Shown piece after piece: positions 61,858 to 64,000 of a stretch of 64,000 nucleotides of DNA. The DNA comes from Marsupella aquatica (taxonomy: Eukaryota > Plantae > Marchantiophyta): assembly GCA_973895155.1 (NCBI GenBank), contig OZ316897.1:19292168-19356167 (forward strand). Reading direction: 5' to 3'. The position numbers and the translations under genes were made by a program. Under the pieces are notes generated by a model. The model was given only the letters and a program-made list of their open reading frames with translations, ran no database searches and was not told where the DNA came from. Position 1 is the first letter of the stretch. Every line of letters begins with the position of its first letter.

Positions 61858-63556
61858 GACTCTCCTCTCCCTAAATGTAGCAAGGCGTGCAAAAGAAGGT
61901 ATTCAATGACAATGGTTCAATCGACAATCAAGTCATGCTGCATAAGCATTGACCAATTGACCTGGGATATTGCTCAGTTAGTGCCAAGTGGGAAATTTGA
62001 GGTACCCTCTTAAAGTTATTATATTCTCCTTTCTCAGTTCTCACCATTATTACCCCCGTGCTGGCCATTGACCTCGATTGCCAAGTCGCCAGGAACCATT
62101 ATTTTGTCCTTTTCGAGTCACAACGTTTGCTTACTTTCCTATTTTCCTGTTCCTATTCCTCCATTGACATTCCTTACAAATCCAAAACCTTTCCTGTATT
62201 CCATTGTCAACTCACTATACAATTGCTTTCATAAAGATGTGAGGAACAAGAAGGGACAAGTTTCCAGGCTCTTCCTCTCCCCCCTTTCACAAAAACAACA
62301 CCAAGGGACAATTTAGATGGCTTCACAAGCGGTTACACTTCTTGTTGTAACTATATACTTGGGGCCAAAAATGGTTTAAAATGAATAAAATGTAACATTT
62401 AGAATTCCTTTCCTTTTACTCCATGCGCGCTTTTTAGGAATTGGTCTTTCTTTTGTTTTCCCTTGAATGACGGAAATTTTGGACCACCTCTGCCAAAAGT
62501 TAAGACAAAATAAGCACTCCAATTTGGCATTTACTTGGGCCCACTGCTTGAGGTCCAGATTTAGTGTCAGAGTGAATAGAAAGACAATGTGGCCCAAGGT
62601 CTTGTAAAGCCACACTTGGTTTAACAAAGGGAGAAACGTTTGCAACTTCAAAGGGGTTTTGAAAAAAACTGTTGTTTGTGGACAAGCCAGCTAAGTGGCT
62701 TATAGGCAAAGAAAAACCAGGTTATTTATTTTTGCATTTTTTGCATGTATAATAACTATCACCAGCCTCTGGTGCTTAAGGGCATTACACCTGCACTACT
62801 GATGCTCCAAGGGATTGATAGGATATGGGAATATTGTCCTAAAAGTATCTAATACTGAAAAATGCGCAAAAGAAAAGCAATTTGTGTTCATAGGTCACCT
62901 GTATCTGAAACTTGAGGGGGGACCAGGTTGTTTGCACTTCACACCAATTTTTTTCCTTTGTCAGCTTTTTACTAACCTGTCCCCCAAACTACCCAAACTT
63001 TCTAACCTCTCCCCCAAACAAAATTAACTATCAACCTGTTCCCCCTTTTGTATATTGGTTACCACTAACTCAACCATGGTTACCATTTGTTCTCATATAT
63101 AACCATGGTTTTGTCGTGTATTTGTCTGAAACCACCTTCTCCAGAACATTGGCTCCGTCTCAATCACCTCACAAATGAAATGATAACAAATGTTGATGTG
63201 CTTTGTCATAGTATGGAACACAAGGTTCTTAGCTGAGAGATATACTTAATGGACCTCCAAATGCAATTTTTCTCTTAATGGACCAAAAGTTGCACACTCT
63301 CTCCCAGTGGACCTTTGGGCCCACCAGAGGTACCATTTCATGTGAGATGAACATTCTTCTAACACACTGCACAGTTCTTATAACGCTGGATTGTCATTAT
63401 AAAATGCAGTGTCATGTTCTACTGTTCTTCAATGTCCGACCGCATCGCCGAATGCAGTCAACTACGATCACAGTTCCGAGTGAATCAATGTATACATTCA
63501 TTGACCACAATGCATACAAACATCAACTGTAATGTTGAATAAACAAAAAAAATTAT

Positions 63557-63990
63557 AAGTGTGAAATCTGATACAACATGCAACCTGTATACATGACAAA
63601 TCATACTTCTATGTTGAATATTCATGTGCAGGTTTTGTCCATTTGGGCAGGCTTTGGCGGGAGGGGGGGCGTCTTCTTTAAAGTCAGAGGGACTGAATTT
63701 TTTTCTAAGTGTGACATCTGAATACAACGTGCAAAGTCTATACATCACAAATCATACTTCTAAGTAACTTGAATACAATAGGTTTTGTCCATTTGGGCAG
63801 GCTTTGGTGGGGGGTATCTTTGTAAAGTTGGAGGAAATGAAAATTTTCTAAATGTGAAATCTGAATATAACGTGCATATTTTACACAAACTACACATCGT
63901 TCTATGTTCAACATTATGTGGTTTTGTCCATTAGAGCAAGACTTGGTGCTTGTATATAAGGCCAGGGAGTCATAATTTTGTTTAAGTGCA
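63557..63990. repeat. ~145-bp tandem repeat, at least 3 diverged units
   Basis: TGTGA.ATCTGA...GGTTTTGTCCATT recurs at 63557, 63707 and 63849; may continue past the window edge. Confidence 0.85.
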
Positions 63991-64000
63991 ACCTTGGAAT

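Overview
Eukaryotic land-plant genomic DNA (a non-seed plant such as a bryophyte is my inference, not shown). Two spliced host genes are supported: an FHA2-like forkhead-associated protein (3 coding exons, 2104-3661) and a group IId WRKY transcription factor (3 coding exons, 55501-56978). The ~50 kb between them is mostly transposons: a full-length Ty1/copia element with identical 421-bp LTRs but a disabled pol, a solo LTR and an inverted fragment of the same family, a 5'-truncated CRE-like non-LTR retrotransposon with an intact RT plus restriction-like endonuclease frame, Mutator-like and hAT-like MITEs, a probable Helitron, and many small repeats. The most unusual signal is a pair of divergent ~3.9-kb elements (19549-23388 and 36764-40728). 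Each has TG...CA ends and a 5-bp target-site duplication but no gag/pol and no terminal direct repeats, and each carries a homologous ~800-codon gene. They look like very large solo LTRs that encode a protein. Coordinates and alignments were read by eye; no database search was run.
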